Source: Octopus sinensis (lineage: Eukaryota). From it: 64,000 nt of DNA. This document shows positions 1-13,151 of this stretch, one piece after another (within the stretch, counting starts at the first letter, position 1; every line of letters begins with the position of its first letter). The notes beneath the pieces were generated by a model that ran no database searches, had not been told where the DNA came from, and saw only the letters and a list, made by a program, of their open reading frames with translations. The translations under genes and the position numbers were made by a program. Where the stretch lies: the NCBI RefSeq assembly GCF_006345805.1, contig NC_043004.1:106206001-106270000 (forward strand), in the 5' to 3' direction.

Positions 1-2658
1 GGGTTAATAGACTGAATGATGGACTAAACCTATCATTTCTATCAAAGTGTAGCATCACCCTATATCATAACCGTGTATAATAGTCCGGTATTTGCTGACT
101 TGGGATAAAGATCAATAGCATTTTGTTTGAATAGCTTTCACCTAAAATCTTATCAATCTTTTATCATTTGGTTCTCTTATGCACACATGCACATACACAC
201 ACATGCATGCATGCACATGTGCACTGCACACAAACACCTCGCTGTTCCCTCCCCTCCTCAATGCTTGGCTTTCCAACTACTGATAATGCCAACACCATCC
301 ACCCCACTTCAATGCAATCACTGGCAATTTGCAGTCCCTACCCTGTAATCAGTGGTGCAAGTAGTGACACCCATGATCTCATCACCTTACACTCAACGCT
401 CAGTTAAGGGCCCCATAATAAACCATTTCTAACAAAAGTTTTTCCACAACTGTATAGAAATGTATAGAATTAGGGAGCAAAAAAGAAAAGAAGTCCTCAC
501 CATCACCCTCTTCCATCCGGTATGCCAGCAGTTCGCCACCCTACCACACCACATTACCCCCCCCCCCCCCCCCATCTATTGCTTCTGCCACCGCTGCTGC
601 TGCTGCTGCTTAGTAAGTGTTTAATAATGAACTGTACAATAGATTTCCTCTCTGCTCGTTCAATATTCATCACTTCCCATTGACTGAGAAGTTATCAGTA
701 TTTGTCTTTTTGTTGTTGACTGATTAAACGTGAAATGTGTTTTCACGAAAACTGGTGAGCCACAGTTGAAAGCACAGCATTGGACAACACTGACATTGTT
801 GTCACTGTTAACTCACTTATTTCTCTCTGGTTATAGATTTATTTTATTTTTTTCATTGCCATGTGTTTTCCTATTACTTCATTATTGATCCCCTTTCTCC
901 TAGTGCCACAAATGCCATCAACTATCTGCTTACTTTCACAGAATCCACTGATATTTATGTATGCATTTATTTATTTATGTATGTATTCATTAACTTACTT
1001 TCTTTGTAATAAAAACTACAGCTATTATTGGCTAATTTGAATTTTGTTTATCGTGCGTACAAGGTTGTGAAGTCACAGCTAGTTGAATCGATAAAACGCT
1101 TGCTTGCTGGGTAATGAATCGACAGTTCGTTTCCTGCAATGGCCACATATTACATGTTCCCTGACAAAGCGTTAAACTTTCAATAACCCTACATTACAAG
1201 CTCAGCTGTAAAATTATTTTGGAGTTTATGATCCTTACAGAGAATATACAAGTTGGGTACAGCAGTGAAAGGATCATATTTTCAAGGAGTAAATTATCTT
1301 AATTGTTATCAGGTTATATAAAGGAAATTTTCTGGATGCATCACAAGATGCCAGTGAACATTTATAATATGTATTTAGGAGAATATTCATTATTACCTTC
1401 AAATTACTATAATGACCACTAACGTTAGTATAATAAAAAGCCTTGATGTCACTCCCAGCTTAGAATGGACATAAACCATATAATAAACCTAATGATAATT
1501 TCACATCAATATTTACTCTCATCACATGTCAATAATCTTTCTGTGTGGTAAGAGGTTTGCTTCCCAACTAGATGATTTCAGGTTCAGTCCCCCTGCATGG
1601 TGCCTTAGGCAAGTGTCTTCCACTGTAACCTCGGGCTGACCAAAGCCTTGGGAGTAGTGGTAGTCAGAAACTGAAAGAAGCTGGATGTGTGTGTGTCCTC
1701 CACCACTGCTTGATAACCGGTGTTGATGTGTTTACATTTCCATAATTTAGCGGTTCAGCAAAAGAGACTGATAGAATGAGTACCAGGCTTCACGAAAAAG
1801 TGGTTAGTACTGTGGTTGATAAGTTCGACTAAAATTCTTCAAAGCAGTGCCCCAGCATGTCCACAGTTTAATGACTGAAAAAAGTAAAAGGTAAAGATAA
1901 AAACTTAGCATGAAGTAGAATCATCTCCAATCTTTCTCCAAATAAGGCAATCTTTTATGACAATTGTGCATTTGCAAACAGTGGATTTACTAAATTACTT
2001 ATATCTCACCAATGCCAACCTTCTACCATCTTAGAGTTTCTGTAACATTATATGGTTCACACACCTCTTTAACTTAAACAACAAGTTAAATATCACCAAA
2101 AGTTTTGTAATCCTTATAGATAAGCGTTTCCCATTGCATCTCTGCCACAGGAAACTCTTTAATTGGAACTGTTTAAAAGTCAATTATAGCTGTGTGAATA
2201 AGCCAACAAAAACACCCAAGGCAAACTGCATTTGTAGAAATATCAAAGCATGCCCTGCTTTGTATAATGTTCAATTGATAGTATACAAAAGTTACCTTTA
2301 TGAAACTGGACTAATTGACAGTGTAAATTTATATATAGATATGATAAAAAGCAGATTTTAACAACACTACTTCAACTGCGTTTCATCATTCAAGCATGTT
2401 AAAGGAAAGAATGCTATAACTTTGTCAAATTACATTTGGTGTTTAAAGAAGACAACTCTTATGTTTACATCAGTTAGAAGATCCTTGAGTAAAAAAAACA
2501 GAAAAAGGCCCCATAGAAATGGTGCAAAAAGATGCTTTTTGATATGAGGAACTCTTAGAAAATAACTCATATTGACAAAAACATTAATGCTGTGCAATAC
2601 CTAAACATTTGATTAGGATTCCTTAGAAAATTACACCACAGCCAGATGTTATCATTCC

Positions 2659-2691
<33 letters not shown>

Positions 2692-2695
<4 letters not shown>

Positions 2696-2950
2696 AGAAA
2701 AAAACCTCTAAGTAATTCAATTAATAGTGAAAGATATTATCTATAATAAACCATATAGAAAGAATAAATCATATATTATAATAAATATTATTCTAAAAAT
2801 CACTAAATTAAATATACATTATGTTTATTTAATTTAGTGATTTTAGAATAATATTTATTATAATATATTTAAATTCTTTCTATATGATTTAATATAGAAA
2901 ATATCTTTCACTATCAATTGAATTACTTAATACAGATTTTTTTTCTCTTA
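2692..2950. mobile_element. AT-rich fold-back palindrome, probable MITE, inserted next to a (TA)n tract
   Basis: Arms of about 125 bp are reverse complements (taagagaaaa...cactaaattaaata / tatttaatttagtg...ttttctctta), centred at 2820, with scattered mismatches and TA-rich flanks. Confidence 0.75.
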
Positions 2951-3785
2951 ATTATATACATATATTATATATTGTGAAATTTGATTTAGTATTGCTAAAT
3001 TGAATTTTTCCCTGTAAGTTTGGAATTTTATATTCACTATTATTAATAATTATATGTGTGTGTGTGTGTATATTTATTTAGGTTAGTTAAAATGTATTTG
3101 TGACATATTTCAACTGCTAAAAGGTAAATTAACTGCAGTTACTGTGGAGAAGATATCTCTCTTATGTAAAAAGGTGTTCAGTGTCGCCATCTACCAGGAA
3201 TCCCAGACATTGATGTTTTGAGTTTTTTTGACTCTTGTCAACAGGATGTACTTTGATGAGAGGCAACTCTGAATGGTAACTATGGTGAATTTGCACTTTA
3301 ACAGTTGAAATATATCACAAACATATTTTAACTAACCTAAATTTTGCTTATGCCTAAACACTGCTTGACCCTAACATTACATTATGTATTTTTGGGGGGG
3401 TTTTTTCTCCCCAAAAAGAAAATCCCTACTTTGTAATTTGTCCAACCCTGTGTGGCTCATAAAGAAACACATATATATATATATACATATGCACACACAC
3501 ACACACACACACAGAGGATGGCATATGTCAACTTACATCAATAATTGGTTCCAAGACATGCAACTTAAACTGAAAAGCAACGTAACAGAAAAAAATTCAC
3601 TTTTTAAATATCATTAGTTCATATCTTGTTTTAATCAATGGCTTTTTTACATATTTTTACATGTACTTTATTTTCCACTTGAGTATTGGTTTTTAGTTTT
3701 CATTTTTTTTTCGTTTTTTTGGGGGTAATTATTTGAAATAATATCTTGTGTATGTTTGTCAGAATATTCTTTGTTTCTCTTCCAG

Positions 3786-3883
3786 CGATATCCTTTCCCG
3801 CTGAGGGACATGATGAACTCTACAGCTATGCACTTAAAGATGTGGCTAACATGCTGAAAACTAAGCATGGTGACAAATATCTG
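3786..3883 (+). CDS. TNS: Tensin exon A (start of PTEN-like phosphatase domain; upstream exons outside window)
   Basis: Acceptor ttgtttctcttccAG and donor CTG|gtgagt. Translates xISFPAEGHDELYSYALKDVANMLKTKHGDKYL, matching the recalled tensin segment SFPA...MLKSKHGDNYL. 98 nt, phase 1 to 0. Confidence 0.95.
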
Positions 3884-4581
3884 GTGAGTATTCATTCTTA
3901 CTTCTTAAACAGAAATTGATATTCATTACTGCAATGCTCACAGCTATACTGCAGTTATTTGAACATCAATTACCCAAATTTCAGATCATCCAAAACAAGA
4001 TCTTTAGGGGGTCATGAATATTTAATTAGCCAAACTGTTTGTAACTCAAACTTAAAATAATGCTGGTGCCGAGGTACAAACCCTGCTGTGTGGTAAGAAG
4101 TTTACTTCCCAACCACATGGTTTTGGGTTCAGTTCCACAGCATGGCATTTTGGGCAAGTGTCTTTTACTTCAGCCCTGTGCCAACAACTTTAGTCTTGTG
4201 AATGGATTTGGTAGACAAAGACTGAAAGAAGCCTGTCATATAAGTAATGTGTGATGGGGTGAGTGAGAGAGTAACATACTCTCTCCTTGTCTTGACTTCC
4301 CTTGATAGACATGTGCTTCATTTCCAATCTTCTATAACATGTCCAGTCATGGAGAAATATTACCTTGCCTGAAAATAGGTGAGGGTTGGCAACAGGAAGG
4401 GTGTCCAGCCATAGAAAATCTGCCTCAGCAAATATTATCTGACCCATATAAGCATGGAAAAGGGGATGTCAAGAGGATGGTGAGGATTCTGAGAAGCTTG
4501 GCATCTTCAGTGATGTCTTCATTACTTTACAACTTTGTTCTGAGCATGAATGTGTTAGATGTTTGTTGTCTATGAAGAGGA

Positions 4582-5189
4582 AGTGAACGCCATTAACAAC
4601 CAGGCAAAGTGAACGCCATTAACAACCAGGTAAAATGAACACCATCAATAACCAGGCAAAATGAATGCCATTAACAACCAGGCAAAGTGAACATCATTAA
4701 CAACCAGGCAGAGCAAATGCCATTAGTAAGCAGAACGAATGCCATTAGCAGTCAGCAGGGCTAACACCATTGGCACTCAAGCAGGGTTAACGCTATTAGC
4801 AGTCAGGCGGAGTGAACGCCATTGGCAGTCAGGCAGTGAACGCCATTAGCAGTCAGGCGGAGTGAACGCCATTAGCAGTCAGGCGGAGTGAACGCCATTA
4901 GCAGTCAGGCGGAGTGAACGCCATTAGCAGTCTGGCAGAGTGAACGCCATTAGCAGTCTGGCAGAGTGAACGCCATTAGCAGTCTGGCAGAGTGAACGCC
5001 ATTAGCAGTCTGGCAGAGTGAACGCCATTAGCAGTCTGGCAGAGTGAACGCCATTAGCAGTCTGGCAGAGTGAACGCCATTAGCAGTCTGGCAGAGTGAA
5101 CGCCATTAGCAGTCTGGCAGAGTGAACGCCATTGGCAGTCTGGCAGAGTGAACGCCATTGGCAGTCAGGTGGGGTGAACGCCATTGGCA
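4582..5189 (+). repeat. 26-bp minisatellite, about 23 units
   Basis: Units agtgaacgccattaacaaccaggcaa (5' part) and agtgaacgccattagcagtctggcag (8 identical copies at 4913-5120). Confidence 0.95.
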
Positions 5190-7799
5190 TTATGTTTTGC
5201 TTATCAGTCATACATATCACCATCCTGAAAGTTGTTATTATGATTTAGTGAGTTCAAAGAGCCAGCAGTTTGCTGCTAACAAGTTAAAGCAGAATGGATG
5301 ACAATAAATTATAATATTTAAGAATTTTCTTCATTCTTAAGAAATAGTAGAGTTTTACATTTTTCTCTCCTGAATTTTCACTTTTACCATATATGTAGAT
5401 GTGTGTACCCTTGCTTTGTCATCACATTATGGTTGTAAATGTGCATCATACAAGTAAGGTTGTTCCTTGCCAATCTTTTGTGGAAAATATGTCTAGCTAT
5501 GGGGGAAATGTTACCTTACTTGAAAATAAGCGAGGGTAAGCAACAGGAAGAGCATCTGGCTGTAAAAAATCTGCTTTAGCAAAATCCATCTGACCCATGC
5601 AAGCATGGAAAAGTGGACATTAACTGATGATGATGATGATGGCTTTAATAAATAGATAAGATATAAACAAATGGGTAATTGAACACAAGTGCAACTTGTA
5701 GGCATTTTTTTTCTTCTTGATATCTTCATTTAAAAATGAAGAAGAAACAAAGGAGATAATTGCTCAAACTACAGCAAAGGTAATCTTTTTAGGAGGCTGG
5801 TAACTATGAAAAAAACTGATATAGGGTTGAGAGGACTCTTTAGTAATGACGAGTGACTCTCTGGGGGATGACGGATCAATAAGATGCATACAGTCCACGT
5901 TTTAAACTGGTTGGTAATAAGAAGAGCTTCCAACCATAATAACTATTCCAAAAACATGGTAAAAACCCCCTTCAATCATGAATGACCATGGGATTACACC
6001 TGGAGAGCTCCCCTCCGAGGCACAAGTCCAGGCAAGGTTGTTTATGGAAGACCCACCTCTCTGCTTTACACCACTGATGTTATCCAAGGGAAAGGCAAAG
6101 GCCAATACAGCTTGGCACCAGTGATGTCCCAACTCATTTCTACAGATGAGTGAACTGGAGGAATGTGAAATGAAGTGTCTTGCTCAAGAACATAATACAC
6201 AGCCCATTCCAGGAACTGAACTCACTACCTCATGATTGTGAGCTCAATGCTGTAACCACTGAGCCATGCACCTTCACATGACAAAGTGTGACAATATGTA
6301 ATAAAAGACTGGCAGTTCTCACTGTTTTTAAGGCCTAAAGAATTTAAAGGTTGGCTCAGTGTGTTTATGGATCCTGTTTTCTGTTTAAAAAATCAGAATT
6401 GTTTTTTAACACTTGTTGCTGCATATATAACTTGGTGGTAAGATGTAATATGAGTTGAGTGTAAAGAAGGAGAACCACTTGCATAATTTGACAACTGATA
6501 CAGGGACATGGTAAACGGTTTTAGATACATTCTTCAAGTAATGGAAGGAATTAAACCAATTTATTCCTGGGTAATATGATATTATTGTTATGCTAATATT
6601 ACTGTGGCATTGCATGCATTTCACATGCTGATTAAAACTATTTCAGGCTGCTACCAGTTCAATGTCAGAGTTTAGATATTTGATTGAATAAAGCTTAACG
6701 TAGAAGGTTGCATGCAACTATAGCTTGGAGAAACTTAGTATGTTGATATGACAGCTGTAATATTTTTGTATAGTTATCTCTAGTGTGTTTTTTTCTGGCT
6801 GTACAAGTAAATTTGGATTGCTCATTTGTAGACTTGCTCTGTAGATGCTGAAAGTGTTTCTTCATGTTTTCAGCTTTTTTTGTTTTTTTATCTTTTGGTA
6901 ACTGTTTTCATCCCCAATCTATTTTCAAACACAGACTCAACAACACTACCATCATCAGATTAGTGATTTATTTATCATGGGGGTCAAACTGACCCCATCG
7001 TAAATAATCACATAGTTTCTTTATATAGAAATGAGCTGGCTAGTTAATTAGTAGTTTGTGCTAACAGGAGACAATACAAATTACCATGAAGATAGCAAAC
7101 ATAAGATTCTGGACAGTCTTTCAACAGAAAGTGGGTGCAGAGAAGATAGTACATATTGAGTCATTCTGCAATGAAAGGCTCATCAAAATATTAGGGGTTA
7201 CCTGTCCTTATGGAAAATTAACATGCCCCTATGTTTTATGAATGGGTATAAAATTTATTTAGAGTAAATAAAATACTGATTAGTCAAGGCATCAGTGTTA
7301 TAATTACTGTATTAGTTCATTCATTTTTACATCCATTTTTACTATGCTAGCATGAGTTAGCAGAATATATTTATTCAGGCACTGTTTTTTTTTTTTTTTT
7401 TCAACCATGTGCGTAGTTTTACAACCTTGTTTGTCCCTTATAGACATGCATAGTTGTGCAGTTCAGAAGCTAGTTTCCTAATTACATGGTCCTGGGTTCG
7501 GATTCACTGCATGACACTTTGGGCAAGCATCTTCTACTATAGCTCTGAGTGGATTTGGTAGACAGAAACTGAAAGAAGCCTGTATGTGTGGGTGCGTGAA
7601 CCCTTGTCTCAACATCATGTGATAGCTGTAAATGAGCATGTCTAGCCATGGGAGAAATATTACTTTGCTTGCCAACAAGTGAAGGTTGGCCACAGGAAGG
7701 GGATCCAGCTGTAGAAAATCTGCTTCAACAAATGCAAGCAGGGAAAGTGTACATTAACCAATGATAATGATGCTGTTTTTCAAGTAAGGAATCATATAA

Positions 7800-8212
7800 A
7801 CTCATTCGAGCATGATTGTTGCCAGAGCAGCTAACTGGCTTTCGTGCTGGTGGCACGTAAAATGCACCATTCGAGCGTGAACGTTACCAGCGTCGCCTTA
7901 CTGGCACATGAAAAAACATTCAAGCGAGGTTGTTGCCAGTGCCGCTGGACTGGTTCCTGTGCAGGTGGCACGTAAAATACACCATTTTGAGCATGGCCAT
8001 TGCCAGTACTGCCTGACTAGCCCTCATGCCGGTGGCACGTAAAAGCACCCACTACACTCTCAGAGTGGTTGGCGTTAGGAAGGGCATCCAGCTGTAGAAA
8101 CTCTACCAGATCAAGATTGGAGCCTGGTGCAGCCATCTGGTTCGCCAGACCTCAGTCAAATCGTCCAACCCATGCTAGCATGGAAAGCAGATGTTAAACG
8201 ATGATGATGATG
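7800..8212 (+). mobile_element. RTE-tailed SINE-like element, family C, with tandem 5' subunits
   Basis: Repeated ggtggcacgtaaaa..cacc modules, then gagtggttggcgttaggaagggcatccagc...catgctagcatggaaagc and a (GAT)n tail. Other copies lie at about 9690-9920, 28330-28530, 49550-49750, 53745-53890, 60340-60560, 61380-61605 (+) and 12551-12640, 27781-27960, 52875-53060 (-). Confidence 0.75.
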
Positions 8213-8466
8213 ACACCAATAATTTTGTCCAGGAACAATATTTTTAAAATGGCCACAGCAAAAGTAACACCTTTCTTCAACATTCACCAGAAATGACTCG
8301 AGGTAATAACTTCCAAATTCCTACCAATTGTAGTTTTACAATATGTTAGTAATTTAACCCTAAGTGGCTTCTATTTTATTTATTCAATAAAAATTTCCCA
8401 TTGTGTCATTAATTATAGGTCTCATTCAATCATTTCTGAAATTAAATTATTGTTTTCTCTTTTCAG

Positions 8467-8517
8467 GTTATCAATCTTTCAGAAAAAAGAGAGGATTTAT
8501 CCCAAATCAATGTTCAT
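8467..8517 (+). CDS. TNS: Tensin exon B (phosphatase domain)
   Basis: Acceptor tttctcttttcAG and donor CAT|gtaagt. VINLSEKREDLSQINVH (tensin/PTEN NLSE motif). 51 nt, phase 0-0. Confidence 0.95.
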
Positions 8518-9329
8518 GTAAGTAAATCTCACTTGAACTTATACCATCTTTCAAGTATTGGGTTACATATTGTGGCACAGCTGATCCTTTGTGTAGATAT
8601 ATATATTGCTTGTGTGCACACACACACACACACACACACTTGGCCTTACATGATCTCTAAAAAGGACTGGGTTTATTGTATTAGTTTACACAACTTCCTC
8701 AAATTTCAACAATACACAAAACAAGGGTAGAACTTCCTTTTGATTCTGTCTATGTATATCCTTTGCTTGCCATTTGTGCACGTGCACATACATCACACAG
8801 TTATTATTTTAAAGTCTTGTTTACAACTGTATGCCTATTATACACACACACACACACACACACACATATTTATATATATAATTTAACTAAATACACCCCA
8901 GGTGTTAGTTACCATTTAAAGATCAAATGACAATGACACATCTTCTATTGGGCATTAACGGAAATTTACCTAACCTTGAGTTACATGTTGTATTTGTGCT
9001 GAAGTAGGCAAGTTATTAGTCATAAGCATTCATTATGGAGGGAATTGAGATATCTTGGATATATTATGATTATTATGCATGGCTGCCTAACCAAAAAGAC
9101 CAGGTTTACTCCCCACACTTATTGTGTTTAATTTCAGAGTATCATTTTCAAATAGACTTAATTTGTTACCCAGTATATCATCACCAGAACCACCACCATC
9201 TGGCCTTTGATTTCTTTTAGTATCTAAAAATTTAGTTGTTTCAAATACCTGCAAGGTTCTTTAGAAGTAGTTGACAGATTCTGTTATCTAAGTGGCTGAA
9301 TTAGCAGTAAAGGTGATGGATATTCTAAA

Positions 9330-9680
9330 AGAACAGTAGACAGAATAAGGATAGAATGGAAAATGTTTAGAGAGAGAAAGAGAAAGTTTATTCCTACTGG
9401 CAACAAAATGGTGCTCTCTTCAAGTGAAGGGTTAATCTTGTGGTGCTTGTGTACAAAGTGTGACAGTGCATGGTTGTGAAGCATGGGCATTCAGTGCAGG
9501 GGATGTTCAAAGGCTGGAAAGAAATAAGGCAAGAGTGATTCCGTTAACTATGTAAATGTTAGTGTATTGAGGAACAACCTCAGGATGCTGAAGCTTTCAG
9601 GCAAGATGACGAAAGACCGAGATGCCTGGCACCTTGTTGTGCTCAAAAAGACCTGTACTCCACTGCAGAAGTGTTAAGAC
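9330..9680 (+). mobile_element. Decayed RTE-clade LINE 3' ORF2 fragment
   Basis: Disrupted translation ...QVKG..CGACV..VHGCEAWAFSAGDVQRLERNKARV resembles RTE VKGRLYDACVR..LHGSETW...RRLERNEASM. Confidence 0.6.
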
Positions 9681-10160
9681 TAGTACCTCTGGTGATGTGA
9701 AGCACTTATGGGCGGTGCCACATAAAAGTGCCCATGCAGTATGTTGTGAAAGCACCCAGCACACTCTGTAAAGTGGTTGGCATTAGGAGGGGCATACAGT
9801 CTTAGAAACAATGCCAGAACAGACTGGAGTCTGATGCAGCTCCTCAGCTTCCTGGCTCTGGTCAAACTGTTCAACCCATGCCAGCATGGACAGCAGATGT
9901 TAAATGATGATGATGAACGAGCAAGTACCAATGAGCCAAGAGAAAAAGACTGTGTAAGAGGAATCGGATGCAGTGCACAAGAGGAAAGACTGTACTGATA
10001 TGGATGAGTGAAACCTATGAAAGATGACAAATAAGTAGCAAGTAATTTACACAGAAGTTACCCATGGAAGAGAAAAAGTGGGAAAGTCTTGGTGGGGAGG
10101 GGAAGTGGTGGAGGATGATTTTTAGGAGGCTTAACCTCACCAAAGAGATGACAAGGAATG

Positions 10161-10382
10161 GCAGAAACGTTAGCGCGCCAGGCGAAATGCTTTGCGGTAT
10201 TTCGTCTGCCGTTACGTTCTGAGTTCAAATTCCGCAGAGGTCGACTTTACCTTTCATCCTTTCGGGGTCGATAAATTAAGTACCAGTTACATACTGGAGG
10301 TCGATCCAATCGACTTAATCCCTTTGTCTGTCCTTGTTTGTCCCCTCTATGTTTAGCCCCTTGTGGGCAATAAAGAAATAAG
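10161..10382 (+). mobile_element. tRNA-derived SINE, family B
   Basis: Head ggcagaaacgttagc...gttctgagttcaaattcc, central gtcgactttacctttcatcctttcggggtcgataaattaagtaccag and tail gcccc ttgtgggcaataaagaaataag. Further + copies lie at about 17420-17810, 23535-23700, 24588-25030, 29812-30027, 35122-35292, 44040-44240, 46150-46330, 49810-50350 and 53335-53562. Confidence 0.8.
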
Positions 10383-11342
10383 GAACTACAAGTAGTAGGA
10401 CATTGTGCTGGAAAAGAATGGAAAAACAGATGCAAAGATGATGTTGATATAAATGAAGCAATTTCCTTTTACGTTAAGTAAACTCCCTTTACCTTTTTAT
10501 AATTATAATAATAATTTGTGTGTGTGTGTGCATGTATCCCTGCAATACAGAGGACAATAGCCAGTGTTCTACCTACCAACCTGCCTGATAATATTTGCTT
10601 TGGTTTTGTTTGATCAGTCATTTCACTGGAAACCTAAGTAAATCTTGCAGCCTGTTATCTCAAGTTCGGTTGGTGGTTAAGGCATGCATGGTGTGGGGTG
10701 TGGGGCAGCTGCTGAGGGAACCCATACAAGGTAAGAGGCATGCAATAATGGTAGTGGTGAGTGATGGTGAGAGGCAGCATTTCTAGTGGTGATGATGATA
10801 TGGTGATAATGATAATGTGTTGGTAGCAGTAGATATTATGGTATTGGTGGTAGCAACTGTGGTAATGGTGGAAGTGGGGAGTAAATGTACTTTTGTTTTG
10901 TTTTTTCTTCCGTGAAGTAGGGGTGGGGTGTGTACTTTTTTTTTTTGTTTTGTTTTATATATCAATTTTGTGTTGAGTAGTTCCAGGCACACTCTGTTTG
11001 TTATCTAGACCAAAAAGCTTTTCTGTTTGTCCTGGAACCATTGGCTGCCGCTGTACTCAGTGCCGCCTTCCCCATCCAAGCCCCCCCCCCCTTTCCTACA
11101 CACTGACCAACAGTGTCCATGTGTTGTTTAATCACAGACTAACTCTCCCCTCCCTAGAGAAACTGGGTGGAAATCAGGGGCAGCTGAGAGGTGTGTATTG
11201 GCAGAGTGGGGACCTGATCTCTCTTTTAAAGTAGCTAGGAAGAGAGGAAGGAAAGAACTTGTTTCCTCTTCCCAGGAGAGTGTGAATAATGGTACGAAGG
11301 GAGGGGGGGATAATGGTAGGCGAGTTGTTTAACTTTGTAGCT

Positions 11343-11600
<258 letters not shown>

Positions 11601-13041
11601 TTATATTATATATTGTTGATTAACTTCATTTTACATTATTTTAGTCATCTCCCTCCCCACCTCTTTCCTCAATGTTTCTCTCACTATCCTCCACTCCTTT
11701 CTTCTCTTGCTCTTTTTCCCTTTCTTGCCCTCTCTCTCTCTGCCCCCTTTCATGTCTTTCTGATTCTCTCTCAGTACACTCCCTATACTCTCTCTCTCTC
11801 TCTCTCTCTCTCCTCTTATTCTATCTTTGTCCATTTTTGTTGTTTTGTGTAGCCCCCCCCTCCCCTCTCTCTCTCTTTCCTTTTCTATCTCTCTCCCTCT
11901 CCTTTGATCTCTACATCCATTGTCTAGTTAACCATCCACAGAACATGTATGAATAACTTTTAAAAGTAGTTATTGACAGTAATACCAGTAACACCACCAC
12001 ATTGCTATCCCACTAGTTACATCACCACAATCATCATATCATTAATCCACCCCAACAAAATTTATAACTACCACTCCCTCCACCACCATTCCAACCATCA
12101 CCTTACTGGTGGCACCCTCAGTTTCCAACTATTATCTCACCATCTTCTTACCATTGCTGCCACTCTGCCATAGCCACCACATTATTACCTTCTCCCTTTC
12201 TATTCCGTGACCAACACTACTTCACTCTCCTTACTATGAGGCAACTATTAGCTTGATTAACTCCCCCCTCCCCAGTAATATTTCAGTCATTCTGTTGATT
12301 GTTCTGTCAAAAGTCGATGACTCTCCCTTGCAGTGTCTTCTATTTGACTTTGTATGTACCGTCTGGTTTTACCGAAATCAAGCTGGTGTTTTCTGTACTG
12401 AACGTGATTAAGAAGCTTGTCTTGCAACCGTATGGTTTCAAGTTCAGTCCCACTGTGTGGCACCATGGGCAAATGTCTGCTATTATGGTTCCAAAACTGA
12501 CCAATGCCTTGTGAGTGAATTTAGTAAACAGAAATTTTGTGTAAGCATATATCATCATCGTTTAACATCCGTTTTCCATGCTAGCATGGGTTGGACGGTT
12601 CAACTGGGGTCTGGGAAGCCAGAAGGCTGCGCCAGGCCCAGTCTGTGTATAAATGCATGTATAAATGCATACAAATATATATATTGTGTGTGTGTGTTTG
12701 TTCCTCCTCACTATTTTGACAACCAGTGCTGGTTTGTTTGCATTGCCATAACTTAGCATTTTGGCAAAAGAAACCAACAGGGGTGGATTTCTGTCAAATA
12801 TTGGAGAAATTTTCTGATTATTAATGAAGAATGAAGGAAAACTGAAGATTTTCATTTTGAGTTTTGAGCACAAAAGGCCGACGTTTGTTGTTTCTCCTTC
12901 ATGTCGTATGATTTAATGGAGCTTGTGATATTGCTTAAAACATTAGTTGTACCTCTCATCAAATAACTGCACACCAATCAACATTTATTCCAAGTTAATC
13001 AGGCTGCCATTTCCACTCATTTCATCCTATCATCTCTCTCA

Positions 13042-13151
<110 letters not shown>

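Noticed and set aside
942-958. 17-nt microexon candidate upstream of exon A
   Set aside because: The only frame ending in phase 1, as exon A requires, contains TGA, and there is no similarity to the expected upstream tensin sequence.
1938-1947. CArG box CCAAATAAGG (SRF site, plausible for a cytoskeletal gene)
   Set aside because: A single 10-mer in 64 kb of AT-rich DNA is expected by chance, and there is no supporting cluster.
4582-5189. 26-bp repeat array as a CRISPR
   Set aside because: The units are contiguous with no unique spacers, the context is a eukaryotic intron, and there are no cas genes.
12334-12351. 18-nt in-frame microexon candidate (cttgcAG|CLLFDF|GTATGT) between exons B and C
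   Set aside because: The donor context is weak, it would interrupt a conserved phosphatase fold where exons B and C already join collinearly with other tensins, and such matches are expected by chance.
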